The notes under the pieces: generated by a model
Database searches by the model: none
Told to the model about the DNA's origin: nothing
The model's input: the letters and a program-made list of their open reading frames with translations, nothing else
In this document: positions 52,202 through 63,277 of the stretch, one piece after another
Numbering within the stretch: the stretch's first letter is position 1
Layout of the letters: each line of letters opens with the position of its first letter
Program-made: the position numbers and the translations under genes
Assembly (NCBI GenBank): GCA_045837725.1
Contig: JBEWZL010000233.1
Coordinates: forward strand, 1 to 64,000
Length of the DNA stretch: 64,000 bases
DNA from: Vermamoeba vermiformis
Lineage: Eukaryota
Reading direction: 5' to 3'

Positions 52202-55200
52202 TTGACCTACTTCAACAGTTCCGATCAACGTGTACATATTCCGAGAGACACACTCCTGGCTCAAGTCCATGTCACTGGGCATGAGTACCCAGATCTCGGG
52301 TCTGATGCAGACGAAGAGATAGCACCAGTAGTCTACGCTACGCTGGTCACACAACAACCTTCTTCATTTGAAATAGGCGACTTGACTCCAGAGCAACGTG
52401 CACAGTTTGACACCTTCATGGCCAAGCACGGCGAGTTGTTTGAGAAGCCTAAACAGTGGGGAGCTTGCGTTGGAGTGCAGCACAAGATCGACTTGAAGCC
52501 TGGCACTAAACCGATCCGCAACTCACCACGACGAGCCCCACCCCAACATCAAAAGATTATTGACGAGAGCATCGAGGACATGCTGGCTAAAGGCATAATT
52601 CGCCCCTCCAAGAGTGCATGGGCAATGCCAGCGGTCCTGGTTCCAAAGAAGGATGGCACATGGCGGTTCTGCATTGATTTCCGTCAGCTCAATCACGACA
52701 CTGAGCTTGATGCATATCCCTTACCACGGTTAGAGGAGGCTCTTGACGCAATGTCTCGAGCGAAGTTCTTGTCAATCTTTGACTTGGCATCTGGCTATTT
52801 CCAAATCCCATTGCGCGAGGAGGATAAGCATAAGACAGCCTTTGTGGTCCGCAATGGACACTACGAGTTCAATGTCATGCCTTTTGGGTTGACCAATGCG
52901 CCGGCCACATTTCAGAACACTATGGATGATCTATTCAAGCCAGAACTTTGGAAATTCATTGTGGTCTACTTGCACGATTTGATTGTTTATTCGACAACGT
53001 TTGAAGAGCATCTTCAACACCTGGAGATTGTCTTCGACAAGCTACGCAAGGCCAACTTGTATCTGAACGCAAAGAAGTGCAAGCTGTTCCAGACGCGCGT
53101 GCCATATTTGGGTCACACCATCAGCATGCAAGGGGTTGAGCCCAATGACAAGAAAGTCGAAGCTATCTTCAAGCTACCGTCACCCACCAATGTAAAGCAA
53201 CTGCACACGTTCCTGGGGATGGCTGGTTACTACAGGCGATTTGTACCAAACTTCGCACAGTTGGTAGACCCATTACACGCGTTGTTGAAGAAAGACGTTA
53301 AGTGGACATGGGGCTCTGCAGAAGAGGCAGCAGTGACCAAGATTAAGAACCTGCTGACGGCGGCTCCAGTGCTGGCGTTTCCGCGATACGAAGACCCCTT
53401 TATATTACACACGGATGCAAGCAATGTGGGCCTCGGCGCAGTCCTGTCGCAAGTGCAAGACGGTCAGGAACGTGCCATCGCTTACTACAGCCGTGCTCTT
53501 CTACCTGCAGAACGTAACTATCACACCACTGATCTTGAATGTCTGGCTGTGGTCTCAGCACTCAAGCATTTCCGCTGCTATCTATTGGGCAGTCAATTTG
53601 AAGTGCAGACTGATCACAGTGCGTTAACCACCCTGTTGACACGCAAGGCTCCTGCTTCAGCTCGGTTGATGCGTTGGGCGTTGGCACTGCAAGAGTTTAG
53701 AGATTTCAAGATTGTACATAGGCCTGGACAAGCCAATGCTAATGCTGATGGTCTCTCACGGTTGGGGCATGAACAGGCTGAGAAGTTAGTCGTCAACGCG
53801 CTATTGCAAGCTCCAGTACAGCAATTTCAACTGTTCTGTGCCCATGGTACTACACAGAAACCTTCGCAGGTGCGCATGGATTACCCTGAGCTAGCGACTG
53901 CGCAGAAAGAGGACCCATTCCTCAGAGATATTCGTGCCACCTTGCTAGACAACAAGCTCCCTGAAGACGAAGTCACGGCAAAGGAAATCGCGCTGCTCAG
54001 AGATCAGTACGTTATTGAGAACGACGTGTTGCATCGCATCTACACGATAGAGTCAAGCCATCGTCGCTATCATACGCGCAAGCTGGTTGCCATTCCACAG
54101 AGCTGTGTACCTACGGTACTAGAGTCGTTGCACTGCAATATTGAAGGTGGACATCTGGGAGTGACTAAAACCTACGAGAAGATTCGCTTGCATTTCCACT
54201 GGCCCAACATGTATCGACAGATCAAGGATTTTGTTACTCGTTGCAGCACATGCGCACAGCGTAAGGCCCCAGCAAGAGCACTGCAAGGACACTTGATGCA
54301 GATTGATGCGACACAACAGTGGGAGACTGTAGGAGTTGACATTATGGGCCCATTGCCAATCACGAATGCGAAGAATCGCTACATTATTGTGTTCACAGAT
54401 TACGTGACAAAGTGGGTTGAAGCTTACCCCATGCGTGATGCAGATGCAACCACAGTGGCTCAGATATTTTGCAAGAAGATTATCACTCGGCACGGTGCAC
54501 CACGCAAGCTTATCTCAGACAGAGGCTCTGTATTCATGTCGGAATTGTGCTCTGCCATCTACGAGTACATGAGCATCGACAAGCTGTTCACAACTCCGTA
54601 TCATCCTCAGACTGACGGGCTGACTGAGCGTTTCAACAAGACGCTGGCTGAGATGTTGACGCCCTACATTGACAACAACCAAGCAAATTGGGACACGCTC
54701 ATCGAGGGAGTGCTTTATGCGTATCGAACATCGGAGCATTCCACGACACGCGAGACACCATTTCGGATGATGTATGGGCGCGATCCTTTCTTTCCGTTGA
54801 ATCGCATTTTCCCTACAAGTCTGGAGGAACCCTATGAGCCTAATGAGTTCACGAAGAGATTACACGAGAATTTCTCGGATGCACTCAAATTGGCGCAAGT
54901 GAATGCGCAGACAGTGCGAGCAGCTCAAGCTCGCAACTACAACATTGGACGCGAACCTGCCCTGTATGAAGTTGGACAGTTGGTCTGGTTCTACAACCCG
55001 AAGCGCATCAAAGGACAAGTTCAGAAGTTAAGTAAACTCTGGACTGGACCGTTTGTAGTGAAGGACAACTTAGCGCGAATGTCTATCAAGTCACAGATCT
55101 ACAAGGCAACAACGAATTTACTGTCAACATTGCGCGCATCAAACCCTGTGAAATATCTCTTGATGAAGCGAAACAAATGAAGTTGAAGGGTGCGCAAACC

Positions 55201-55775
55201 AACCCGATGTCTTCGACCATCAAGAGGGGGAAGAAGCCAGTGGCTGTTGAAAAGACCACTGAAGATTTGTCATTGGAACAACAGTACGTTCTCGAACAAG
55301 CAGAAGAACAGGAGGAAGATTCAATATTCGCACCAACTGCAGAACCTTCAGCGAAGCAAGAATTAATAACGACACCCGTCGAACCAACTGAAGTGGAACA
55401 ACAAGCAGAAGAAGTCATGGTTGCCGAAGATATTCTAGCTTATTATATCATTGTGACGACGCGGACTAGCTACCCGTATCGTTACACAAGATGCTAGTGA
55501 ACAGCAAGCTGAATTGGTGTATCAGGTGGAACATCGTGCCAACGATCGCACCCGAAGAGGAAGTATTCCCAAAAGTACCCGTCAAAGTAGAGCCGTATTT
55601 CCAAGCTTTATTTCGACATTACACTACATTCCGCGACATTGAGACCTACAAGATCAACAAAATGGTGGCTCAATTACAAGTCTTCTTTGACAAGCCGTTT
55701 GTTACGAGTTCAAAGTTGAAAGATCAACTCCTCGCTGAATTGAAGCAAGCCAAGAAGAGTCGCGAAGCCTATTGA
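52202..55775 (+). pseudogene. pol: Gypsy pol (RT, RNase H, integrase, chromo-like tail), inactivated
   Basis: WRFCIDFRQLN, MPFGLTNAPATFQ, YLHD in place of YLDD (52967-52978), TDAS..GAVL, HHCC, DIMGP/ISDRG/TERFN and WTGPF. Frameshift at ~55064 and a 35-bp insertion at 55452-55486. Confidence 0.9.
55452..55486. repeat. 35-bp LTR-related hairpin insertion
   Basis: TGTGACGACGCGG-ACTAGCTAC-CCGTATCGTTACA, a near copy of 55996-56030. Removing it restores the pol reading frame. Confidence 0.8.
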
Positions 55776-55858
55776 GATACTTGTTAGAATGCCTGAAGAA
55801 TTTCAACGAGAAGTTTGCTAAGACAATTGAAAAAATTCCCGACGTACCGTCGATTAAC

Positions 55859-55868
55859 GGAGGGAGAG
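55859..55868 (+). other. Polypurine tract GGAGGGAGAG
   Basis: Purine run immediately before the TG that starts the 3' LTR. Confidence 0.85.
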
Positions 55869-56030
55869 TGTGACGAGATAGAAAATCTCGTCAGCAAGAT
55901 TTTATCGGGAACGAACGTTTTGTTAGTTCGTTAACCCGTACGAACTTGTACGAACACAAATAAAGGCTGATTTTATATTCCTCGGTCTTTATAGTTGTAA
56001 AGATACGGACTAGCTACCCGTATCTTTACA
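55869..56030 (+). repeat. 3' LTR (~162 bp, TGT...ACA)
   Basis: Starts TGTGACGA after the PPT, contains AATAAA, and ends TCTTTACA. Hairpins at both ends. Confidence 0.75.
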
Positions 56031-56204
56031 AAGCTTGAAGACTTAGAAGGAAATCCGATCGAGAAAACGATGAATATAACGCAGTTGAAGAGAATTAATT
56101 TTAACAACGTCAAAGAATGGAAAGAACAATCAGATCAAATCGAAAAATACGAGATCGACGAAGACGAATTCTCTGACCAAGAAAACGAACAAGAAGAGTG
56201 CTAA
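56031..56204 (+). pseudogene. C-terminal remnant of a second retroviral-type integrase (Gypsy/Ginger-like)
   Basis: KLEDLEGNPIEKTMNITQLKR directly after the LTR resembles the post-GPY/F integrase tail; compare YQVTDLQGNNEFTVNIARIKP in the adjacent pol. Confidence 0.55.
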
Positions 56205-57132
56205 TTGATAAGATAGAGAAAATAATAATGATTCAAGCGAGAGTTCCGATAGCGAAAGTGATAGCTCAGATCGAGTGGATCAAAAAAGAAAAACAAAAAA
56301 TAGAAAAAGAAAATGAAAATGAAAATGAAAAAATGAAAAAATTCCACGATGAGATCAAGAGCATTCACGCGATTATCGACGGAAAAGAGATCAAGAAATT
56401 AACGCGATCAAAACTCAATCGCGCGAAATCATTCCGCTGCATATTAAAATAGCAGGAGAAAAGAAGAGTCAGTTTAATTACCTGCGTCAAGAAGTGCGAA
56501 GATTCGAAGCAGTTGACAAAATTAGCCATTTGCCGATTGATAAACGCTTGAGGAAAATCTCGCAGGGTTCTTAAAGATGTTGCAGTGAATGGCGAGTGAT
56601 ACAGTAATGATCGCAATCAATAACGTATGAATTCCAAACAATTTATGCCATTTGCCCAAGCCAAAGGACTTTGCACAACGAGTGGATACTTGCACGCGTA
56701 TTTTCCTCACATTTTTACTTGGGACCTAATTAGGAAATTTAATCTTTTACAACTTAAAACAAAGCCATACAGATATTGCGCAATAAGTTTCCTTCGGAAC
56801 TACACGTGCTGTCAAGCCAACGAATATTATCGTAAACATGCCTTTTAGGTTCTCTTGCCGTGCCAGACAAACAAAAATAAGCCACCTGCATCAATCGCTC
56901 GCGTCAAGGCTGACAGATTGCCTAGCAATGTTGGTACAGGGTAAGGGAAATCCAATTTAGTGGATTAATTTAATAAATTTACCAAGTTAAATTGAATACG
57001 CGTGATGGCAAGAATAGAATATTTTTTTAAATTTCCGGTTGACCGATGACGTCTCGAAGAAAGCTCAATTTATTTCCGCCTAATTTCATAACTCAATTTA
57101 TTGTTTTAGATTAAAGATCGACAAGGCCTCGC

Positions 57133-58701
57133 ATGTCGATCCATTTTACCGCGATCTGCACGTTTAGTGCGTTTATCCTCATTGGTATTCCTTTGGTCCA
57201 AACAGCTTCTTTGTTCGGATGCGTTGGCGATTCAGCTGCCAAATATGAAGGCTACACCTTTCCAGTAGCTGTTTATTTGCAGAGCAACGTCACGTTTGGA
57301 AACTTTTCAGCAACTCTCATTGCACTGGATGACTCAACTAGCTGCGTGGAATCAGCATATGAAGCAATTAGAACGAACCTCGGGCCTAATACCAGCATCG
57401 TTGTGTGGGCCTCTGACAACGGAGGTTGTTCGGACGGATTCAAGCTGGCTTTTGCGACTAAACACGGAATATCCGGAGTTATTATCACGTCGTTTCGAGA
57501 CGGACAAACTTCAGGACCACCGGGACGCGAAGCTAAGCGTCAGTTTGAACGACCCGGCCCTTATTCAATACCTCTATTGCAAGCAACCATCACCGACTTG
57601 CCAACTGCTTACGCTGGAGTGCTCGAGGCTAATTGCACCGTGCAATTCTACGAAGAATACAATCCATGGCTCACAGAATATCAGCTTCCGCGATGGATTG
57701 TGCTGCGAATTATTCTTCTGATCGGTTTCGGTTTTTTGATCGGATCTGGCGTTCTCTTCATCATCATTTTGGCGTTGGAAGGAAAGAAAGCCATTGCTAG
57801 CTCAAACACGATAAACGACTCGAATACGAAAAATCGACGAACAAGTACTATAAATTCAACACAAGATCACACATCCTCAACCAACGACACAAACGAAGAA
57901 GGAGAAGCTAAACCGAAACGATCCAAGCGAAGATTCGTGTTCAACGTATTCTTGACGCTGCTTATTATCGAAACGACTTCAAACGTCTTCAATTTTGTGT
58001 ACGCCTTGGACGTCAATTCGTCAGTTGGTTTGTACACGCGATCTGCTATATTAGCCGTGTACTTTATCTCTTATGGCCTTCCTATTATGAGCACGTTACT
58101 ACTCGCATTCTGGTGGCTCGATATGTCGAGAGAGCGAGCGGTTGTAGGAAGAGGACAACAAGAAGCGAAAATTACTTGGATGGTGGCTTACAAGAAGTAC
58201 TTTTTGATCGTCAGCGGCTGTCTCGTTGCAGTAGGCTTATTTGAATCATTCGTGGTTGGCACATACGCGATTGGCTATTACGACACTGCAGCAAGAGTGA
58301 TCACGGAGCTCACGGCACTAGGCGTGACCATTGTCTTTAACTACTCTATTCAACTCTGCATCGTTGACGCAAAAAAACGAATCAAATCCGAAATCAGCGT
58401 GAAGAGAAATGCTGATATGATTAGACGTATGACAGCCTCGTGCGTATTAATATCAGTCGGAATGTATGGCTCAGTAGCATTGGATCTGGTCGTCTTGGGT
58501 CTGCCGATAAATGGGTATCCCGAAACAGGTGCGATTTACTTTTACGTGCGGTATCTTTGCGTAATCGTGCAGTCATGCGGCAAAATCTACACGTCCAGCA
58601 TCACTAAAAAGTTGCAACACATGTGCGGAAGATCAACATCCTCGACAGAATTGAGCACGATTACTACGACGCCGAATATCGAAACTCAGCAAACGGTTTA
58701 A
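57133..58701 (+). CDS. Intronless membrane protein: signal peptide, PA (protease-associated)-like domain, seven TM helices
   Basis: GGCSDGFKLAFATKHGISGVII..YSIPLLQ fits the PA pattern GxCxFxxKxxxAxxxGAxxVII..IP. Seven hydrophobic segments follow, including STLLLAFWW. Confidence 0.7.
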   Translation: MSIHFTAICTFSAFILIGIPLVQTASLFGCVGDSAAKYEGYTFPVAVYLQSNVTFGNFSATLIALDDSTSCVESAYEAIRTNLGPNTSIVVWASDNGGCSDGFKLAFATKHGISGVIITSFRDGQTSGPPGREAKRQFERPGPYSIPLLQATITDLPTAYAGVLEANCTVQFYEEYNPWLTEYQLPRWIVLRIILLIGFGFLIGSGVLFIIILALEGKKAIASSNTINDSNTKNRRTSTINSTQDHTSSTNDTNEEGEAKPKRSKRRFVFNVFLTLLIIETTSNVFNFVYALDVNSSVGLYTRSAILAVYFISYGLPIMSTLLLAFWWLDMSRERAVVGRGQQEAKITWMVAYKKYFLIVSGCLVAVGLFESFVVGTYAIGYYDTAARVITELTALGVTIVFNYSIQLCIVDAKKRIKSEISVKRNADMIRRMTASCVLISVGMYGSVALDLVVLGLPINGYPETGAIYFYVRYLCVIVQSCGKIYTSSITKKLQHMCGRSTSSTELSTITTTPNIETQQTV

Positions 58702-58929
58702 TGTTGATCCAAATAAAATTTAGTTTAATTTTTATACAAAAGCCAAAATTAGCATTCGGAAATTTGATATTCAGTGAATCACGGAACGACACGGAGGGAA
58801 TAAATTTTTTTACGTAAACACGGAAAAACTTGAGACATGTCCGAGACGTCAAGGCCAAAAACATAAAAGCGCTTTTCCGTATCAGTCTTTTAAACAAATT
58901 AATCAACACAAACACATTCACACCCGAAC

Positions 58930-60522
58930 ATGCTGCGTAATATTGTCGTGTTCGGCACCCTCCTTCTGGTCCCGTTGGTTTGCGCAACTTGGCCTGATAC
59001 TTGGACTGGATTCGGCAACGGGTTGGAAAATACCCGATATCAACCTTATTCCAATCAGAACTTGAATTTCACCGACCCCAAGAACTTCATCATTAATTGG
59101 TTCTATCCCGCTTCCGTCGGTATCTCTTCAACTCCCACCGTCACGAACAACAGAATCTATTTTGGAGATCTGGGTGGTTATCTGTATGCTCTTCGCTTAG
59201 ATGGAAGTCTCGTTTGGAAGGTTTACTTGAAAGATATTTTGCCAGGAAATTATCAATGGTTGACAAGATCCAGCCCAGTCGTCTACGGAAATTTGCTCAT
59301 CTGTGGCGCTGCTTTCAACCCCGGCAATGGATACCCTACTGTTGGCCCTAGTGTCTTTGCGTTGAACAAGTACACTGGCGCTTTGGTCTACAATACAACA
59401 ATTGAAGACCACTTCGCTGCTACCATCACAACGAGCCCTACTTTGGTCAACAACCTCGCCATCTTCGGCGTCGCCTCGCAAGAAGAATACGCCGCTATTA
59501 GCCCTTTGTACCCTTGCTGCTCTTTCAGAGGCAGTGTCGTTGCTGTAAATGTCGCAACTGGTGCTATTGCCTGGAAGACTTACATGTTGCCCGACAACAA
59601 CGGCCTCCCTGGTGGTTACTCTGGCGCTGCTGTTTGGGGCTCGTCACCTGCCGTGGATCTCGAACGTGGTTTCGTTTACGTCGCTACCGGAAACGACTAC
59701 ACCTTGCCTGCCTATGTTGAGCAATGTCAGAACGAGACTGCGGGTCTCACTGGTCTGTTGACTGACCCTTGCCAAGAAGATTCCAACCACGCGAACTCAG
59801 TCTTGGCTCTCGATCTCTACACTGGCGTCATTCGCTGGGCTGTAGCTTTGGGTCCTCTTGCTGGATGGAATGCCGGCTGTGGTTTGCCTGGCCTTCCTCC
59901 AAACGACAACTGCCCAACTGTACCCGGTCCCGATGCAGACTTTGGCCAAGCTCCTATTTTGGTGCGCAACGTTGATTACAAGTTTGGCGGACAAAGCCGC
60001 GACCAAGTGTTTGCTGCCCAAAAGTCTGGTATGGCTTACGGATTCGACGCTGAGACTGGTCGCCTCACGTGGGCCACGCAAGTAGCTCCTGGCGGCGAAG
60101 GAGGTGGAATGATGTTTGGATCCGCCACAGATGGCTCTCGTCTTTATGTCGGTAATAACAACGCAGCGCACTCGCCTTACTACTTGCCCAATGGCACCGC
60201 GACTACTGCCAACTCGTGGTCCGCGATCGATTTAGTCACTGGTGAAGTGCAATGGACTTTCACCGACCCTGCTGGTGGCTCGTCCTTTGGCCCCGTCACT
60301 GTATGGGACGAACTCGTCTTGTTTGGTTCCAAGAGCGCCTCTGGTGGCTTCTACGGCGTGCGCAATACTGACGGCAAATTGATGTACCAGATCAACTTGA
60401 ACAACGTCATTGGTGGAGGAGCTGCCGTTGCTTCTAACACTATCTACATTGGCTCTGGCTACGCGGGTACGACCATTACTACTCCTGCAGGTCTCTACTC
60501 CCTCCGCTTGCCCACGAACTAA
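58930..60522 (+). CDS. Secreted PQQ-type beta-propeller protein (polyvinyl-alcohol-dehydrogenase-like), intronless
   Basis: YFGDLGGYLYAL..GSLVWK, CCSFRGSVVA, GYSGAAVWGSSPAVD..VYVATGN, NSVLALDL.TG.IRW, GPDADFGQAP, AQKSG. Confidence 0.88.
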   Translation: MLRNIVVFGTLLLVPLVCATWPDTWTGFGNGLENTRYQPYSNQNLNFTDPKNFIINWFYPASVGISSTPTVTNNRIYFGDLGGYLYALRLDGSLVWKVYLKDILPGNYQWLTRSSPVVYGNLLICGAAFNPGNGYPTVGPSVFALNKYTGALVYNTTIEDHFAATITTSPTLVNNLAIFGVASQEEYAAISPLYPCCSFRGSVVAVNVATGAIAWKTYMLPDNNGLPGGYSGAAVWGSSPAVDLERGFVYVATGNDYTLPAYVEQCQNETAGLTGLLTDPCQEDSNHANSVLALDLYTGVIRWAVALGPLAGWNAGCGLPGLPPNDNCPTVPGPDADFGQAPILVRNVDYKFGGQSRDQVFAAQKSGMAYGFDAETGRLTWATQVAPGGEGGGMMFGSATDGSRLYVGNNNAAHSPYYLPNGTATTANSWSAIDLVTGEVQWTFTDPAGGSSFGPVTVWDELVLFGSKSASGGFYGVRNTDGKLMYQINLNNVIGGGAAVASNTIYIGSGYAGTTITTPAGLYSLRLPTN

Positions 60523-60840
60523 GTAGGCACTCTTTTCCTGTACTGTACACAATCAAAAAATAAATGTTTACTTAACCGTATTTTCACATCTTTGAAGTTT
60601 TATACTTGGAATAGAATCCGCAAGTTCGGAACTCGATTCAAAAGTCTGGCAGTGAATGTAAGTCAATTTAACGCACATGTAAGACGCAAATTAGATTATG
60701 TTGTGGGTTTCGAAACGCACAATAGCCATTTTAATTATTAATAATAATCATTATCAACACAGAGCATTGTTTGAACACATATAAGATTTTTTTATTTTGT
60801 TCAGCGATATAGTACAAGTTGTAATTACTCAAGCAAAGTC

Positions 60841-62712
60841 TTAACGACCAGGGTTGGCGAGCTGTTGAGCTTCAGGACCGCATGAAGTAGTGGTGCACGA
60901 AGGGAAGGGCAAAACATCAGGGACGATGTTGACTTCGGTGCTGACCTTGAACTCGTGCTTATCACCGTGACGACCACGCTCTTCAATGTCGTAAGTGAAC
61001 TCGAGGTAGAAGATACCCCAGCCTTGAGCAGGAGCCTTGCGCGAGGCAGTGTAGATAGAACCGTATTGAGGAGTGATGTCGGTGGCAGTCCAGTTCAAGT
61101 TCTGGTGGCAACCAACACCAGTGGCACCGACACAAGCGAAGAGACGGAAGTCACGGCGAGTGGTGCTGATAGTGTTGGCAGACCACATGACGACCTTCTT
61201 GGGACGAGTGCCCGAGACAGCGACAATCGAGGCTTGTTGCGTGCGAGTGGTGGTCTTGTACAAGTTCCAGCTCAGATCACGAGGACCGCGCAAGTTGTCG
61301 CCGACCATGCGAACAAATGAGTTGACAGAGACGAGCACGTCAGTCAAATTGTACGTCAGGTAGAAAGTGTGGCCAGATCCGGGCAAGATGCGCAAGTACT
61401 TCTCTCCGCGGAGTTGTTGGAAGAAGAAGTTGGCAGCATCGGGTTGAAAAAACTCGTCTTGCGATGAAGCAATGACGTAAGTGGGCTTGGGAGTGAATTT
61501 GTCGTTGAAAATGATGGGATCGATCAAAGCAGCCATGGCATCGAATTCGGGAGTACCAAAGTGGCTCATAACACCGGCAGCCCAGTAGTCGAGAAAAGTC
61601 CAAGTCCAACTTTTTGACCATAATTAGTCATATAAGTCAGTTATAGTAGATCTCTGGACTTACCCGCCTAGGGATCTGAAAGCACTGTCGAGATTGGGCT
61701 TGATGTTGAGAATGGGCATCACTACGGGGATGAAGGCCTCGACACGCTTGTCAATGCCAGAAGCCAACCAAGTGGTCCAACCTCGCTTAGAGGCACCACC
61801 CATCACGAAGGACTTGACACGAGGGATATCGAGAGTCTCGGTGAACTCTTGAACGGCATCCATAGCACGAACCGCGGATTTGACTTGAGGGAATTGCAAG
61901 AGCCAGTTAGGATCAGAAGAGGTGTTCGTCAAGAAGTGCTCCCAAGTGTAAGCAATGATACCGTCCTCTTTGCGTTGAGCATGAGTGGCGTCGGAAGGGA
62001 AGCTGATAGGTTGGTTGGGCACTTGAGCAAGATCTGGGCAAAGTTAATATTGCGAATTGAATCAAGTTACGACACACTGAATCAATAATAGAAATATTCG
62101 CGAACACATATTTCGCGGCACTTACAGACTGAAACTGCGGGGCTGTTGCGGCACACGTACTCAACAATGTTGTACACGGTGGTGGGGAGAGGATCCGTGT
62201 TATCGCCACCGTCAACGTAAAGGAAGGCAGTATTGTATTCGACCTATTGAGTATAAAGAGAATGTTAATTAGGACCACGTGCGGAAGTTAATCGCGATTA
62301 TTTACTCACATTGTTAGGAACACAAACTGTCAAGATATGAGACCAAACATGTTGAGATGAGTCGGCAGGAGTCAACCAGTATTGGGAGGTCATGTTCAAC
62401 AACTAAAACAACAGATCGCGTTAGATTGCGGTGACATGACACGTCAAACTTTTCAACTAGAAATTATTTGATACTGCGTAAGAACAGGAGAGGCAACAAT
62501 AATTTGATGCTCGATTGGAGTTAAATATGCGTTGAAGTAGTACTTACAAAGGCGGTGTAAACGTCACCCTGGATGGTGCCAACTTGTTCCCAGTCAAAGG
62601 CGTCGTCGTCGGTGTAGACGTACTTCTCGATGGGAGTCTTTCTGCGACCAGCAAAGCTGCCGAGAACGAGTAAGGCACAGATGGTAAAGACAAAGAGAGT
62701 CTTTGGGGACAT
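60841..62712 (-). CDS. PqaA / autocrine proliferation repressor AprA-like secreted alpha/beta-hydrolase-fold protein
   Basis: Signal peptide, TPIEKYV, NMTSQYW, VPNQP..EDGIIAYTW, GASKRGWTTW, IDP..KP..DEFF.PD, RRDFR. Confidence 0.88.
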
Positions 62713-63277
62713 TGTTTCAATAAGTCAGGTGGTGTGGGTGGAAGGAACTTATTGAAAAATAAGGATCAGTTGTGGTGTTTTAAGGGAATTTTGGGATTGA
62801 GAGTAGAAAAGCGCAGTCATTTCGCTTTTATTTTTTTAGCGGTTCACACAAGATACTGTGACATCTGGCTCACATAATTTCGTCGGCTGAACACTCGACT
62901 GCAAGACTAATCCTCGCGCATGTGTACTATGTATAGTTATATATCGTACTTTATATTTTCGTTTGTTTCCGCTTTCCGCTTCGATTTGGAAGTTAAATTT
63001 TTGCCAACTTCCCGTCGGTACCGAATAAAATTTATTCGCGCGGAAAATCTTTCGGTAATTTCGTAAGATAAAGAGCTTGTGTAATATGCAGTACCCTGTG
63101 CTATTATGACAAATGCAACCAATAGGTCTAACGCTTGCCTTTCACGAAACTGCAGAAACAGAAGTATTAACGATCAAATTGTGTAAAAACGAATTCGCAG
63201 ATCAAAGCCACCACTTGCAGTATGAATATATATAACACGCGAGAAGTGAGTCCCGCTGTCATGTGTCACTGGCTGAT

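Larger units (their letters stand above)
52195..56030 (+). mobile_element. 5'-truncated Ty3/Gypsy (chromovirus-like) LTR retrotransposon
   Basis: RT-RNaseH-integrase order, PPT and 3' LTR present. gag, protease and 5' LTR are absent; the sequence starts at the Sola right end. Confidence 0.93.
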
